Origin: Malacoraja senta
Lineage: Eukaryota
Reading direction: 5' to 3'
DNA: 64,000 nt
Assembly (NCBI GenBank): GCA_038087875.1
Contig: CM075997.1
Span: 4,218,001 to 4,282,000, forward strand
The notes under the pieces: model-generated
Databases searched by the model: none
Told to the model about the DNA's origin: nothing
What the model saw: the letters and a program-made list of their open reading frames with translations, nothing else
In this document: piece by piece, positions 26,101 through 39,044 of the stretch
Layout: each line of letters begins with the position of its first letter
How positions within the stretch are numbered: the stretch's first letter is position 1
Position numbers and translations under genes: made by a program

Positions 26101-26659
26101 CCCATACTGTGCACACAGCATGAATAATTTGCCTGGGGTTTGTCCCAAGTGGTTTTAAGGTGCCATGATGAAATTCATCATTGCATTGAACAGAAAAGGA
26201 AAGTCAAACCTGAGATTTGGCAGCCCAAATGATGACTGTAAATTGTGACAGCATGTATTTAACCAACTTTGTACAATTCTTTCTTGAATTCCTTCATTTA
26301 ATGCATACTGGAATTTGATTTGGGTATAGTTAATCTTAATCATGGTGCACTTCTCGTCTATAACGAGCACATCTAAGGCAGCATTAATATTATATAATGC
26401 CTTTAAAAATAGGGTGCATGTGTATGACTCACTATTTGTGGAAACAGCATAGCTTAAAATTAACAGCAGTGTAACTTGCAAGTAAGAACGGTGTAAGTTT
26501 GCAAATAACTGGATTTTAATCTCATATTAGGAGTTTTTTATAATTTAAATATGTTCAACTGTGTTTATCTGTGATCAAAATAAAATCTGGAATTGTATTT
26601 TTTTTTTTTTTTTGCTTAAATGTTGAACTGTGCTTGATAGCCTGTTAATTTTAAACTGC

Positions 26660-27430
26660 TTTTGCATTATATAACAAACCATTTGATGGGTAAGGGCTCA
26701 CAGTGCAACAGTAATAGGCAGACCTTTCTGGAGAAGCGAGCAGAATTGTTTCCTTACTGAACAAGAACAAACTCCTGGTCCAATACATCGAGTGTCATAC
26801 ATTGAGCCAAGATCACCCAGCAGCGATACGACATGCCATGACTTACATACTGTGAGGCAAACCACCATTGTCCTAGACTTCTGAAGTGAAGGTAATGGAG
26901 GCAGACAATGAGGCATATTCGCCAGAGACTTAAAACGTGTTCATTTTCAAGATTTCTTCAAACAAAGGCCAAAAACACTGCCTCATGTGAACTGATACAG
27001 AATTTTCTCAGGGGCTTCCCCTCACTTTGCTTAGAGGAATATTCGTCATAAGACCAGTGCATTCATACAACGCTCTTGAAGTACACGCTGAATTCCTTCC
27101 ACCAGTCAACCCAACCTGTCGAGAAACATTCTTACATTTTCAGAGAACATTCAGACATGAACAACTGATACTCGGCAACATGCAACTTCAACAGGAGGGA
27201 ATAAGAGACACATTGTGTGAGGCACATCAGTACAGCCATTTTGCTGCATAAACGATACATTACCAATGGTACACCACTGCCTATGTGGGAGATGTACACA
27301 GATCCTTCACAAAGACCATCACATCCAACACTACTTTCAGGAGCGCGACATGGAGGAACACTGGGTTTTCATATTCACCACTTTACTCAACCATTTGACA
27401 TCTGTGAAGAAAATGTTACCTGAACTGTGA
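26660..27430 (+). promoter_or_regulatory. CA-rich intronic tract upstream of the poison exon (putative hnRNP L binding, autoregulatory enhancer)
   Basis: Dense ACA/ACAT/CACA motifs, unlike the T-rich remainder of intron 6; same position as the CA clusters upstream of mammalian HNRNPL exon 6A. Boundaries approximate. Confidence 0.7.
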
Positions 27431-27522
27431 ACGTTAAGAGATTGTTGCTAGATGCAATTGTTAGAAGCTAGTACTGTCTTTGTAAAAGATTTCTATTCAT
27501 TGCTGTAAAACGTGTAATGCAG

Positions 27523-27589
27523 GGTTGAAGCATATGTTTGGGGCGCCACCTTTCAAAACTGCAATAAGTTGCTGTTGAAGCATTGGGTG
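27523..27589 (+). other. hnrnpl: hnRNP L poison (NMD) cassette exon 6A
   Basis: aatgcag|GGTTG...GGGTG|gtaagg, 67 nt; read from exon 6 it gives GLKHMFGAPPFKTAISCC then TGA (27576-27578); lies between exons 6 and 7 like mammalian exon 6A. Confidence 0.85.
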
Positions 27590-27911
27590 GTAAGGAAAAA
27601 ATGCAGAAATGTTGTGCACATGGACGTTATTCTCTAACTCTGGCTGTAAGTAGACCTTTTTATGCTTGAACCTTTGTGCCATTAGATCTATTAGACTGTT
27701 GTATACATTCAAAGTTCAAAGTCTTAAATATGTATCTGTATTGTGGAAAAAAAAATTGTAGTTCTTTTAATGTATTCTATGCTGGGTTTTTTTCTTTCTC
27801 CCCGTACAAAGTTTTGGTTTTACTTTTCTATTGCGATTGTTTTGGGTGCCATTGGCAACCTGAAATTGATTTTAACTTGTTTTTTCCCCCTGCACTTTTC
27901 ACTTTGCACAG

Positions 27912-27971
27912 GAGATCCCAACAAGAGGCAACGTCAACCTGCATTGCTTGGAGACCATCCTTCTGAGTATG
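27912..27971 (+). CDS. hnrnpl: hnRNP L exon 7 (GDPNKRQRQPALLGDHPSEY-G)
   Basis: 60 nt, gcacag| and |gtaag; hnRNP L KRQRQP-LLGDHP motif. Confidence 0.94.
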
Positions 27972-29610
27972 GTAAGAATATAGGCTGGTGGGAGTGAGGT
28001 GACTGACCGATCCTATTTGAGTACATTGAAATTCGTTAATGCCAGTGGCGACATAACTTCAATGAGCAGAATTGGGCCATTCGGCCCATCGCGTCTACGC
28101 CACTATTCAATCATGGCTGATCTATCTTTCCCCCACAACCCCTGACATCCATACTAATCAAGAACTTGGTATGGGGAACTAATAAACATGGGGACGGTAG
28201 CATGTTGGCCTCCAACCCGACACACCATCCTGACTTAGAAATATATTACAGGTGGATAAAAATGCTGGAGAAACTCAGCGGGTGAGGCATACATTTATGG
28301 AGCGAAGGAATAGGTGACGTTTCGGGTCGAGACCATTCAGAAATATATTGCAGTTCCTTCATCACCCCTGACACCCTTGCTAATCAAAGATCTCAATCTG
28401 CCTTAAAAAAATATTAATTGACATGGCCTCCTCAGTCAAATGGGGCAATGAATTCCACAGATTCGCCATTCTCTGACTGAATGAATTTATGCCAGGTTAT
28501 GCACGTGACTGCCTGCACGTGAACTGTATCCCTGCATATCAACATGCCGATCTAACAACCTCCTTAGTCCCATTGTGCCTACCTCCATCATGCCCTCAGT
28601 CTCTGACGCTGCAGTAAAGGCTGTAAACCGTAATCCCTCTATTCTGCGTTATCCTCCAAAGCCTTCACGTCTTCTATAATGGGGCCCAGTTCTGTAACTG
28701 CTGTATCCAGCTGCCTACTTTTCACAACCTTCCTCACTGCAACTCCGCCAATTTTGGTGTTGATTGCAGACTTACCAACCCATCTAGGTTTGCTGTTTAT
28801 ATAAACCTCAAATGAGGCCCCTGTATCACAGATCTCCGTGCAGAATAACAACACCCTTTCTCCACGACCCTGTCTTTTGTGAGTAAACCAGTTCTGAATC
28901 CAAACAACCAGGTCACTGTGAATGCCATGCATCTTGAACTGCCTGCTTGATGTGAAGGCATTGGGAGTGTTAGAGAGGCAAGCCGTGCGTGTGACTCTTG
29001 ACTCTGGGAACTTCTGAGAGGGCCTCGTGTCCATTGCAGTTTAATGTTCAGGAAAGAACTGCAGATGCTGGTATAAACCGAAGACGCACAAAAAGCTACA
29101 GTAACTCAGCGGGGACAGGCAGCTTCTCAGGAGAGGGAATGGTTGTTGTTTTGGGTCGAGACCCTTCAGACTGGTTAGGGATCAGGGAAACGAGATACAG
29201 ACTAAGATGTGGAAAGATAAAGAACAACTTACAGCCCAGTGGTATGAATATTGATTTCTCTAACTTCAAGTAACCCAGCATTCCCTCTATCCCTCCACCA
29301 CCCAAGTCGCACCAGCTTCTTGGTTCACCCATCATACAGCTAACAATGGCCCGTTTCCTTTATCACCGTTACTTTTTTGCATAAGTTTCATTGTTTATCT
29401 CTACATCGTCTATAATCTCGTTTCCCTTATCCCTAACCAGTCTGGTCTCGACCCGAAATGTCACCCATTCCTTCTCTCCAGAGAAGCTGCCTGTCCCACT
29501 GAGTTATTCCAGCTTTTGGTGTCTATCTGCAGTTTGTTTGTTTTGTGTAGTTTTTCAGTGCATTGCCTCCTGAACAACATCCATGTATCTGCTTTGATTT
29601 CCTCCTGTAG

Positions 29611-29894
29611 GAGCCCCACAAGGAGGATATAGTCACTATCCAGAGGATGACTATGGCCCACCAGCCCATTATGAGCGGCGTCGGATGGGAGGTCCCCCTC
29701 CTGTGGGTGGTCCTCACCGGGGCCCACCCAGCCAACGCTATGGCCCTCAGTACGGCCCTCCACCACCCCCACCACCACCAGAGTATGGGCCGCAAGCGGA
29801 AAGCCCAGTGCTGATGGTCTATGGATTGGAGCCTTCCAGGATGAATTGTGACCGGGTATTCAACATCTTCTGCTTGTACGGGAACGTGGAGAAG
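29611..29894 (+). CDS. hnrnpl: hnRNP L exon 8 (Gly/Pro-rich linker and RRM3 start SPVLMVYGL...LYGNVEK)
   Basis: 284 nt, cctgtag| and |gtgcgt, open frame. Confidence 0.96.
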
Positions 29895-30682
29895 GTGCGT
29901 GTTGTATCCGCGTATAAATGTCTTCAAGTAAATCAATTAACCATATTTCATTATGCAAGTTTGTATGCCTGATCTTTGTTCATGAGAAAGTGGTATCTGT
30001 GCTGGAAAATTATTGGAGAGGTTTCTGAAGGATATATTGCATGCATTTGGGAAGTCGGGTGGTCCACGTGTGTATGTGTGCGAGAGATCACAGCTCACAT
30101 TTGTTTTGAAATATTTACCAAGAAGGTTGGTGAGGGCAGTCCTGTACACACTATCATTATGGATTTTTCTTAGGATTGGGAATTAAGGGACTAGAGGGCT
30201 AAGAGGAAAGATTTAATTAGATCCCTAGGGGCAACATTTTCCACAGAGGGTGGTGGGTATATGGAACATGCTGTCAGATTAAGTGGTTGCGTCAGATACA
30301 TTCATGTTTGTAAGCATTTGGGCATGTACATGGATAGGAAAGATTTAGAGGGATGTGGGCCAGATGTGTGCAAGTGGAAATAGTTTGAATGGGACATCAT
30401 GGACGAGTTGGGCCAAAGGGTTTGTTAGCGTGCAGTATGGCTCTATAACAGACAGAGCTGATTCTTCACACAAAGGGTGGTGGGTGTATGCCACAAGCTG
30501 CCAGAGGAGGTGGTTGAAGCTGGGACTATCCCACCGTTTAAAAAACAGTTGGACAGGTTTGGAGGGAGATGGACCGAAGGGCCTGCTTCCACACTGTATC
30601 GCACTGACTATTAGCTAATTGAAAATTAATTTTGTTTAGGATAATTGTTTTTTAGTTATGTTTATTTTTTCTGCTTTCACAG

Positions 30683-30804
30683 GTGAAATTCATGAAGAGC
30701 AAGCCCGGTGCTGCCATGGTAGAGATGGGAGATGGATTTGCTGTGGATCGTGCCATCAACCATTTGAATAACACCTACATGTTTGACCAGAAACTAAACG
30801 TGTG
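30683..30804 (+). CDS. hnrnpl: hnRNP L exon 9 (VKFMKSKPGAAMVEMGDGFAVDRAINHLNNTYMFDQKLNV-C)
   Basis: 122 nt, ttcacag| and |gtacgt. Confidence 0.96.
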
Positions 30805-31962
30805 GTACGTGGGGACAATGTGGGAAGTTGATTTCCCCCACCCCCCCTCCTGATGAGATAGTCTGACGAAGGGCCTCGATCCAAAACATCGCCTGTCTCT
30901 TTCCAGAGATGCTGCCTGTCCCGCTGAGTTACTCCAGATTTTCGTGTCTATTGTTTTACTGCCAGAGGAGGTGGTTGAAGCTGGGACTATCTGCAACCCG
31001 TTCAGGCCAAGTCATAAGGCCTGAGTCTTATGAGATTGCTGCAGAGCTGCTAATCTTGGAAGGTAGACAACTCAGTGGGTGAGGCAGCATCTATGGAGCG
31101 AAGGAAATAGGCAACGTTTCGGGTTGAGATCGTTCTTCAGAGCTGCTGATCTTGGAAAGTTGGTTCTATATTTAAGACATGGGTGATGCGGGTAAGGGAC
31201 AGTAGAACATCAGAGCTGCAAAACCTCTGGTTGTATCGGAGGGAAGCCTTGTTTCTGCGGGTGGGATTGTCTGAATTGGGCAATCATAGGATAAAGGAAC
31301 TGGGAGTCTCTTACAAGGTGACTTGGTTGATTTGAAACACTGGGATTAAGATCCTTTCAAAGCTGCTACATAAATTTATGGTAAAATGAACCCTTTAGGT
31401 TATTTGTAAAGACTGCCGACTTCAAACGGTATTGTATCTTTGTGTAGAAACAAGCAACTGCAGATGCTGCTTTACACAAAGGGACATCATTCAGCGGGTC
31501 AGGCAGCATCTGTGAGAACAAGGGCGACATTGCCGTTGAGACCCTTCTTCAGAATCAACATGGACAAATAGGTCTGAACCTGAAACATCACTTATCCATA
31601 AGACAGGCAGAAAATTCTGGAGTTAACGAATAGGTGACGTTTTGTGTCGGGACCTTACAGAGTGCCTGACCCGCTGAGTTACTCCAGCCTTTTCTGTCTA
31701 TCTTCGACAGCATCTGCAGTTCCTTCCTATACATGTCACCTATCCATGTTCTCCACAGGTGCTGCCTGACCCAAAGGTCAGTTACTTTGTGTCTTTCATT
31801 GTGTCTTCCTGCTCATTTGGGATTGGTATAACATTGCAAATACCTGTCATCAAAGTGGTAAACATTGTTCGCTTTTTAATGGTATGAGCAGGAGGTATTT
31901 TGTACACATAGCACAAACTTGCATTTAAATTTTTTTATTTGTCTGCTTGTATTTTTTTCCAG

Positions 31963-32164
31963 TGTATCCAAACAGCAGGCTATAATGGCTGGTCAGTCGT
32001 ATGAACTTGAAGATGGCTCTTGCAGTTTTAAGGATTTTTCTGGCTCAAGGAACAATCGCTTCACCACCCCGGAGCAGGCGAGCAAGAACCGAATCCAGCA
32101 CCCAAGCAATGTCTTGCATTATTTCAATGCCCCTCCAGAGGTGACAGAAGATGCTTTCTGTGAG
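31963..32164 (+). CDS. hnrnpl: hnRNP L exon 10 (VSKQQAIMAGQSYELEDGSCSFKDF...NVLHYFNAPPEVTEDAFCE)
   Basis: 202 nt, ttccag| and |gtacgg. Confidence 0.96.
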
Positions 32165-32989
32165 GTACGGTTAAGTTAATGTTATTCCTCTGTGCTACAT
32201 GACTCATCTTGGTTACCCCGGGTTCGATCCTGACTACGGGTCTTGTCTCCAGAGTTTGTACGTCCCCCCCTGTGACCTGCGCGGGTTATCTCCGGTTTCC
32301 TGGTTAATTGGCTTGGTGTCATTGTAAATTATCCCAGTGTGTGTTAGTGTGCGGGATCGCTGGGGGGTGCGGGCCGAGGGGTCTGTTCCGCACTGTATCT
32401 CTCAACTAAACCAGCTTGCCTCTGAAGTTTGTAGATATTGTTTAGGGAACTTCATACAGTGAATGCTGTTTTTTGGTTTGTGTCCTTGAATGAGATATTG
32501 GTTATTAATGGCTTGGAGACTAAACTCTACTACGCAGGAATGTTTAAGAAGGAACTGCAGATGCTGGAAAAATCGAAGGTAGACAAAAATGCTGGAGAAC
32601 CTCAGCGGGTGAGGCAGCATCTATGGAGTGAAGGAATGGGTGGCGTTTCGGGTCTCCACCCCGAAACGCCACCTATTCCTTCACTCCATAGATGCTGCCT
32701 CACCCGCTGAGTTTCTCCAGCATTTTTGTCTACCTTTTACTAAGCAGGAGGCTGTTTTAACAACTTCTGGCAACTGAGTTACAGAAACTTCAGTGGGACT
32801 TGGCGAAGATAAAGTTGTGGCTGGTACCCCTCAGCCAGTGCTGCTTATAGACAGAGAAAGGCAGGGTCGGGTACAAAATTATCAATAGAATCGGTAGAAT
32901 TTCAATTCTTTTGAATGGAATTGGATCAATAGAAATAACAGTTTAAACATTAAGCAGTGTTTTGATTTGAAAGGTGGGGAAAGAAGAGG

Positions 32990-33410
32990 AGATTTACTAG
33001 AATGCTGCCTGGGTTTCAGCACCTAAGTTACAGAGAAAGGTTGAACAAGTTAGGTCTTTATTCTTTGGAGCGCAGAAGATTAAGGGGGGACTTGATAGAG
33101 GTCTTTTAAATGATGAGAGGGATAGACAGAGTTGATGTGGATAAGCTTTTGGATAAGGATTAAGGGACAAAAGTTTAGGGGTAACATGAGGGGGAACTTC
33201 TTTACTCAGCGAGTGGTAGCTGTGTGGAATGAGCTTCCAGTGGAAATGGTGGAGGCAGGTTCGATTTTATCATTTAAAAATAAATTGGATAGGTATATGG
33301 ACGGGAAAGGAATGGAGGTTTATGGTCTGAGTGCAGGTAGATGGGACTAGGTGAGAGTAAGTGTTCGGCACGGACTAGAAGGGTCGAGATGGTGTAATTG
33401 TTATATGGTT
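32990..33410 (+). mobile_element. CR1 3' fragment (others at about 28640-28950 on -, 56600-57250, 58565-58910)
   Basis: GNFFTQRVV..WNELP..VEAG..FK..LDR C-terminal CR1 peptide. Confidence 0.75.
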
Positions 33411-33478
33411 ATATGTGTGACTTAAAACGAGTTGAAATGCCTCTCCCTGGCCTCAACAGAAAACTCCTCTTGTTTCAG

Positions 33479-33536
33479 GTGTGTGATGAGCTGTGTTTGA
33501 AGAGACCATCGGCTTTCAAGTTATTTTCTGGAAAGA
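33479..33536 (+). CDS. hnrnpl: hnRNP L exon 11 (VCDELCLKRPSAFKLFSGK-S)
   Basis: 58 nt, tttcag| and |gtgagt. Confidence 0.94.
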
Positions 33537-33639
33537 GTGAGTATTTGGTGTTTATCGATGTAGGGGGGTTGCGTTCTGCTGTGAGGTTTGCCCCACTTTG
33601 TTTTGCCGCTTGTGATTTAACTCTGTGTCATTGTTGTAG

Positions 33640-33735
33640 GTGAGAGAAGTTCCTCTGGCCTGATTGAGTGGGACACTAAGAACGATGCCATGGAATCACT
33701 GTCCCTGCTGAATCACTATCAAATGAAGAACCCAA
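33640..33735 (+). CDS. hnrnpl: hnRNP L exon 12 (ERSSSGLIEWDTKNDAMESLSLLNHYQMKNP-S)
   Basis: 96 nt, ttgtag| and |gtacgt. Confidence 0.95.
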
Positions 33736-35668
33736 GTACGTCCTTCTGCATTAAAATCTTGTGGTTTTTTTTTTGGTTGCATTACATTAGTGTACACGCC
33801 CTTACAAAACATGTTCACGTGCGTGGAAAGGCATTCACGTCAATGCAGCCAGTTGGCTTGCGTCATGATTTTACAAGTGTCACAGTAGTAAAATCATAAG
33901 CATTTCTGGGACTTTTGTTTGAGGGAAAGTGCTGCGTCTGCCTTGCAGAAATTGCATCTGTGCATCTAATGTGATGATGTGGCCAGCAGCTTGCTCTATA
34001 CGTCAGCGTGCTAAGCTCTGCAATATGTGTAGGAAAGAACTGCAGATGGTGGTTTACACCGAAGATAGACACACAATGCTGGAGTAACTCAGCGGGCAGC
34101 ATTTCTGGATAGAAGGAATAGGTTACGTTTCAGGTCGAGAGTCTGAAGAAGGGTCACCCATTCCTTCTCTCCAGAGATGCTGCTTGAGTTACTCCAGCAT
34201 CCTGTGTCTAAGCTCCGCAATATATTGACATCAGCACAATGTAAACTCCAAAACTGCGCATTCTTAGCCTTGTTGCAGCATAACAAATTACATGCTAAAT
34301 ACCCCTCTATTACACATTACCAAAAATTGGCATCTATATTCCAACTGTATCCGCAATTCAAATACATTTGAGTCCCAAGAAATTGAAAGGGGAGAATTTT
34401 GAAGTAGAGTATTTTTGTGTTCATTCAAGATGGACAAGTTTAAATAGAAAAACACAATGCAACGTGGTTTTTGACTGACAGAAAATTGACCCATCAAAGG
34501 GGCTTTTGGAAAGTAATAAATCGAATACATAAAAATACATTACATTACAAATACATTAAAAATAGATATCCCAAATTCCTTAAGATTCTGCATTCATACT
34601 CGTAGTATGGAAACCCAACTTGTCCAAGATGCCCCATCTGCACTAGTCCCACCTGCCTGCTTGGTCCATATCCCTTTAAACCAGTGGTTCTTAACCTTTT
34701 TGGCACCAGTACGTGCTGTTGGGAATCGTGCAGCTTTGAAGTCCAGCCTATGCCGGCAGTGTCGTGCAGTACTGCATTAAGCTGACTGCAGCTGCATGTC
34801 ACTGCTTCAGAGGTAATGTTTTCAGCCATACATAATAATAATAATAATAATACATTTTATTTATGGGCGCCTTATACCAAAGTCTCAAGGACACCTTACA
34901 GAGTTTAACAAGTAAGAAACATATAATCGGAGTAAAATAAATTATAAAGACATCACCAATACACAAATTAAAAACAGAATTCGATCCAAAGACACAAAAA
35001 AATCAGAAACACAATGCGTCCACTCTCCCTTCCGGCCGCCATCTTGGACACAGACTAAAATAGACATTACATACAAAAATCATCCCCCCCATAGGCCTCC
35101 CAAAGCCAATTGAAAGTCCGTCTAGACTGGCCTGATCTCCCAGTTGCCAAACGCTTTAATTCACCTTCCCATTCCCACATTGACCTTTCTGCTCTGGGCC
35201 TCTTCCATTGTTAGAGTGAGGCCAAACACAAATTGGAGGAACAGCACCTCATATTTCACTTAGGCAGCTTGCAACCCAGCGGTGTGAACATTGATTTCTC
35301 TAACTTCAAGTAGCCCTTACAATCCTCTCCCTCCTAAGTTGTAGTGCTGGCTTCAAAGTCATCTTGAGTCTCATTGTCTGACTCGTTTCCACCTAGCCCA
35401 CAGCTAACAATGGCCTGTCTCCTTTATCATCATGACTTTTTTGCGTATCTTTCATTCATTTGTTGTCTCTCTACCTCACCATCTACATCTCTCATATCCC
35501 TTTTACCTGACTAAATCTGAAGAAAGGTCTTGACCTGAAACGTCACCCTTTTTTCCAGTGATGCTGTCTGACCCGCTGAGCTTTTTGTCTTATCTTTGAT
35601 GTTCATATGACTTCAATTTGCTAAAGTGGTTTTGAAAAGACTGACCTGCCTTTTTCTTAACCCTCCAG

Positions 35669-35727
35669 GTGGTCCATATCCCTACACTCTGAAACTCTGT
35701 TTCTCCACGGTACAGCATGCAGCATAA
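35669..35727 (+). CDS. hnrnpl: hnRNP L last coding exon 13 (GPYPYTLKLCFSTVQHAA*)
   Basis: ctccag| acceptor, TAA at 35725-35727; canonical hnRNP L C-terminus. Confidence 0.96.
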
Positions 35728-35985
35728 AGACCAGCTCAGCGATGGACTGCCAGCCATTCTCTATAATCGTGACTTGTATTTTAGTATTTTTATGCAGTTG
35801 TTAAAGTGCAGTAAACCTTTCATTCATACAGAAGAAACGAGCCACAGTTTGCATTGGGTATTCCAGTTTTTTTTATTTTCTAGTTATAGGTTTAACTTTT
35901 ATTTTTTAAGTAAACCCATATTGTAGAAGTGAAGTACTCTTCATTTTATCACTTGTGATTAGATGGAGATCCAGTACTATGATTC

Positions 35986-35991
35986 AATAAA
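35986..35991 (+). terminator. Polyadenylation signal AATAAA of hnRNP L
   Basis: AATAAA about 260 nt after the stop codon, at the end of a T-rich 3'UTR and just before repeat sequence. Confidence 0.7.
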
Positions 35992-36140
35992 AGACAAACC
36001 ATTTAACTGGCACGATTGTACCTTTATTTCAAGCTAAGGACTTGCTAGGATGTTGCCAGGACCAGAGGGCCTGAGCTATAGGGAGAGATTGGCCAGGCTT
36101 GGACTTTATTCCTTGGAGTGCAGGAGGCCGTGATATTAAG

Positions 36141-36819
36141 TTTAAGAAGGAACTGCAGATGCTGGAAAATCGAAGGTAGACAAAAATGCTGGAGAAACTC
36201 AGCGGGTGCAGCAGCATCTATGGAGTGAAAGAAATAGGCAAAGTTTCGGGCCGAAACCCTTCTTCAGAATGATGTGCGGGCGGGAAAAAGATAGGAAGAG
36301 GAGGAGACAGTGGGCTGAGGGAGAGCTGAGAAGGGGAGGAGACAGTTGGGACTACCTGAAATTAGAGAAGTCAATGTTCATTCCGCTAGGGTGCAAACTG
36401 CCCAAGCAAAATATGAGGTGCTGCTCCTCCAATTTATGGTGGTCCTCACTCTGGCTGTGGAGGAGGCCCAGGACAGAAAGGTCGGATTCGGAATGGGAGG
36501 GGGAGTTGAAGTGCTGAGCCACCGGGAGATCAGGTTGGTTATTGCGGACCGAGCGGAGGTGTTGGGCGAAGCGATCACCAAGCCTACGCTTGGTCTCACC
36601 GATGTAGAGCAGCTGACACCTAGAGCAGCGGATGCAATAGATGAGGTTGGAGGAGGTGCAGGCGAACCTCTACCGCACCTGGAACGACTGCTTGGGTCCT
36701 TGAATGGAGTCAAGGGGGGAGGTAAAGCGACAAGTGTAGCATTTCCTGCGGTTGCAAGGGAAAGTGCCTGGAGAGGGGGTGGGAAGGGACGAATTGACCA
36801 GGGAGTTACGGAGGGAGCT
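36141..36819 (-). mobile_element. Penelope-like 3' fragment with 11-bp TSD
   Basis: Reverse complement of the GIY-YIG region; GTGATATTAAG at 36130-36140 and 36820-36830. Confidence 0.85.
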
Positions 36820-39044
36820 GTGATATTAAGATGCTTTAAATCGTGAGGGGAATTGATAGGGTGAATGCACAGATTTTTACCCATGGTACGGGAATCAATT
36901 TTGGGTAACATCGACAAACGCCTCCCTTTCTCCTCCCCCACCCCTCCTTTTATGCCCCTTGCACCCTTCCTCATAAACTTGTTTCACCTTGCACCAGTTT
37001 CTCTCTCTCTCTCCCCCCCCCCCCCCCCCATTGATAATGTCCACAGTTTCCAGCGATGTGTACCTCTTGGGCTCACACACGTCTCGATCCAACAATCGGC
37101 CTATCGCGGAATCTCCATGCCTATCGGCAATGTATCTTCGTAGATTAAACACCACAGTGGCACAGCAGTAGAGCTATTGCCTCACAGCACCAGAGGCCCG
37201 GGTACGATCCTGACCACAGGTACTGCCTGTACGGAGTTTGCACTTTTCCCCAGTGACGCCGAGGTGCTTTCTCATGGATCTCCAGTTTCTTCCCACACTC
37301 CAAAGACATATAGGTTTGCAGGTTAATTGGCTTTGGTAAAATTGTAAATTGTCCCTAGTGCGTGTAGGAGAGTGCTGGTGTACTGGGTGATTGCTGGTTG
37401 GCGTGGACTCTGGGCCAAATGTTTTCATGCTGTGTCTCGGGTCTAAAGTAATGATTTGAACTGATTTGGAGAAGTATCGAAATCCTCCCCGAAATTCAAT
37501 ATTATTTTTCAACCCGGTAATCTCTCCTGTATCATTGCCACTTTTTCTGTAAAAAAACTTCCATTTGTGTGTTTAGCCTAAGCTAAGATATGATGTCGAT
37601 TATTTGTCTGTTGAATGAATTATTTTGACTGATGAATAAATGGCTGTATGGAGTTTGCACTGCTCCCCGTGATGTCGTGGGTTTCCTCCTGGTCCTCTGG
37701 TTTCCTCCAAAAGATGTGCAGATTTGTAGGTTAATTGGTCCTCTGTAAATTACCCCTAGAATGTCAGGAGTGGATGAGAAAGCAGGTTAACTGAACGGGG
37801 TGATCGATGGCGTGGCCTTGGTGGGCCGAAGGGACTCTGTTTCCATTCTGTATCATTCGATCAAAGACTGCTTCACCCACCCTCTCGCCACTTCCATTCC
37901 TGGCATCTAGGGTTGCAAATGGTTCTCCAGATGGAGTCAACGTTCATGCAGTCCTTCCCCTTTTCATTTTGCGCTCCCAATGTGACTTCCTCAGTGGCAG
38001 ACAGCCCAAGCAGTGACATGGTGACATCCAACACTAATTGCAGAAAAAGTGACGAAGACATCCAACCCCTCCAACTCGCCCTTGGCTCCCAGTCTCCTGT
38101 CACTTTAATTAGTTTAGAGGTACAGGGCGGAAACAGGCCCTTCGGCCCACTGAGTCCATGCCGACCAACGATCCCCGCACCTTAACACTATTGTACACAC
38201 ACACACACACAGAACAATTTACACTTATACCAAGTATACAAACCCAAACCAATTAAATTACAAACCTGTATGTCTCTGGAGTGTGGAAGGAAACCGAAGA
38301 TCATGGGGAGAACGTACACAATTCTCCTTCGCTCTCCCACCCTGGCCCTCTGTCTTTGTTCTCTTATGTTGTTTCTGTGATGCGAAGAATTTAGTTCATT
38401 ATTCTCGCTTGTACCGAGGGAAAGAGAAAAGGTTTTTATTACATGCCATCCAGCCAAAAACTATACATGAATCCAATCAAACCGCCCACTGCACGTTTAA
38501 AGGATAAAGGGTATAAAATTTAGTGCGAGATAAAGTCCAATTAAAGATAGTTGAAAGTTCTCCAAAGAAGTAGATGGGAGGTCAGGACCGCACTCCAGCT
38601 GATGAGAGGACTGTTTAGTTGTTTGATAGCAGTTGGGAAGAAACTCCTGCAGGAAAGAACTGCAGGTGCTGCTTTAAATCGAAGATAGACACAAAAGCCG
38701 GAGTAACTCGGCGGGACAGGCAGGATCTCTGGAGAGAAGGAATGGGTGATGTATGGGATCGAGACCCTTAATCTGGAGGCTTGGTGTGATCCTTGTGTGT
38801 TGAGTTCTGATGTGATTTACACCTGTTTCAATTGGTTATATTTCAAGGTGAATAATTTTTTCCTAACAGCTGCTTTTTACACCATGCACATAAAAACACA
38901 ATGAGCAAAAATTCACCCCAGCGGTGCAAGGGCTGTAGTACCAGGCGGGGCCGCTAAGTGGCGGGCGTCGTGAGGTCGCTGTAACGAGTTCCTAGCGCGG
39001 CCGCCTGGCGGGGAGGCGCTGTTGTGGTGCATCACATGGTATTG

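Noticed and set aside
33736..35668. Possible second U12 intron (TTTCTTAAC close to the acceptor)
   Set aside because: The donor is GTACGT rather than GTATCCTT, so it is most likely U2-type.
37873..38185. Short ORFs in unique-looking sequence downstream of hnRNP L
   Set aside because: No recognisable domain or convincing splice sites; flanked by SINEs.
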